A stretch of DNA of 33,406 bases from Octopus bimaculoides (Eukaryota), in contig NC_068983.1 of NCBI RefSeq assembly GCF_001194135.2, positions 107,182,644 to 107,216,049 on the forward strand, given 5' to 3'. This document shows, in pieces, positions 32,791 through 33,406 of this stretch (its first letter is position 1; each line of letters begins with the position of its first letter). The translations under genes and the position numbers were made by a program. The notes below the pieces were generated by a model, which searched no databases, was not told the DNA's origin, and saw only the letters and a list, made by a program, of their open reading frames with translations.

Positions 32791-32817
32791 ATAGTACACA
32801 AGAACTACAGAGGTTTT
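32791..32817 (-). CDS. Candidate 27-nt frame-preserving microexon
   Basis: Strong acceptor tttattttgttcttctccAG and donor TAT/gtaagc. Open as KTSVVLVYY (phase 0) or NLCSSCVL (phase 1). Confidence 0.4.
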
Positions 32818-33042
32818 CTGGAGAAGAACAAAATAAATGAATAAACAAAATAAAGAGAAGGCTGAATTACATGCAATAAATCCAATCTATGATTGCAATA
32901 GATGAAATCTGTTAATTATTTGCATTCTCTGAAGGCAGATGTGCATGATCATATGTAAGCACACACCCATGCGCATGTACACACGCATATATATATATAA
33001 TACATACATACAACATTTTTATGTATGTGTACATACATACTG

Positions 33043-33104
<62 letters not shown>

Positions 33105-33234
33105 GTATGTATTTTAAAGACAAGAAAGGAAATTTTGAATGAAGTACAGCTGTGAGGACAGGAGAGAAAGAGTGGTATACATATATAGATGAATATATGT
33201 GCTTGTGTGTGTGTGTATGTATACACACATGCAT

Positions 33235-33406
33235 ATGTGTATGTATACATATCTATAAGTATGTGTAACTTTATATATGTCTATATATATATATGTCTAT
33301 ATATATATGTCTATATATATATGTCTATATATATGTATATATATATATGTATATGTATATATATATATGTATATATATATATATGTATATATATGTATAT
33401 GTATAT
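33235..33406. repeat. Compound (TA)n/(TATG)n/(TATGTC)n microsatellite
   Basis: Directly visible. Many similar (TA)n, (TG)n and (CATA)n tracts occur throughout the window. Confidence 0.95.

Overview
AT-rich, repeat-dense eukaryotic genomic DNA with seven N gaps. The repeat families look like those of Octopus or another coleoid cephalopod; this is pattern recognition, not a database result. There is no intact autonomous element and no recognisable named gene. The window is tiled by tRNA-derived SINEs (three families, my working labels A/B/C), decayed LINEs (RTE, CR1-group, R4/Dong-like), decayed Tc1/mariner elements (mariner, DD37D maT x2, Tc1), palindromic/foldback elements and microsatellites. 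Most ORFs in the supplied track are microsatellite or gap artefacts. Two things stand out. (1) Eight minimal type I hammerhead-ribozyme-like motifs of the Penelope-like-element kind, from about six unrelated short repeat families, lie next to (TA)n/(AAT)n tracts; six are on the minus strand. (2) A chain of candidate minus-strand exons with canonical AG/GT boundaries, several joining in frame, suggests the window is mostly introns plus the last exon of an unidentified protein-coding gene.
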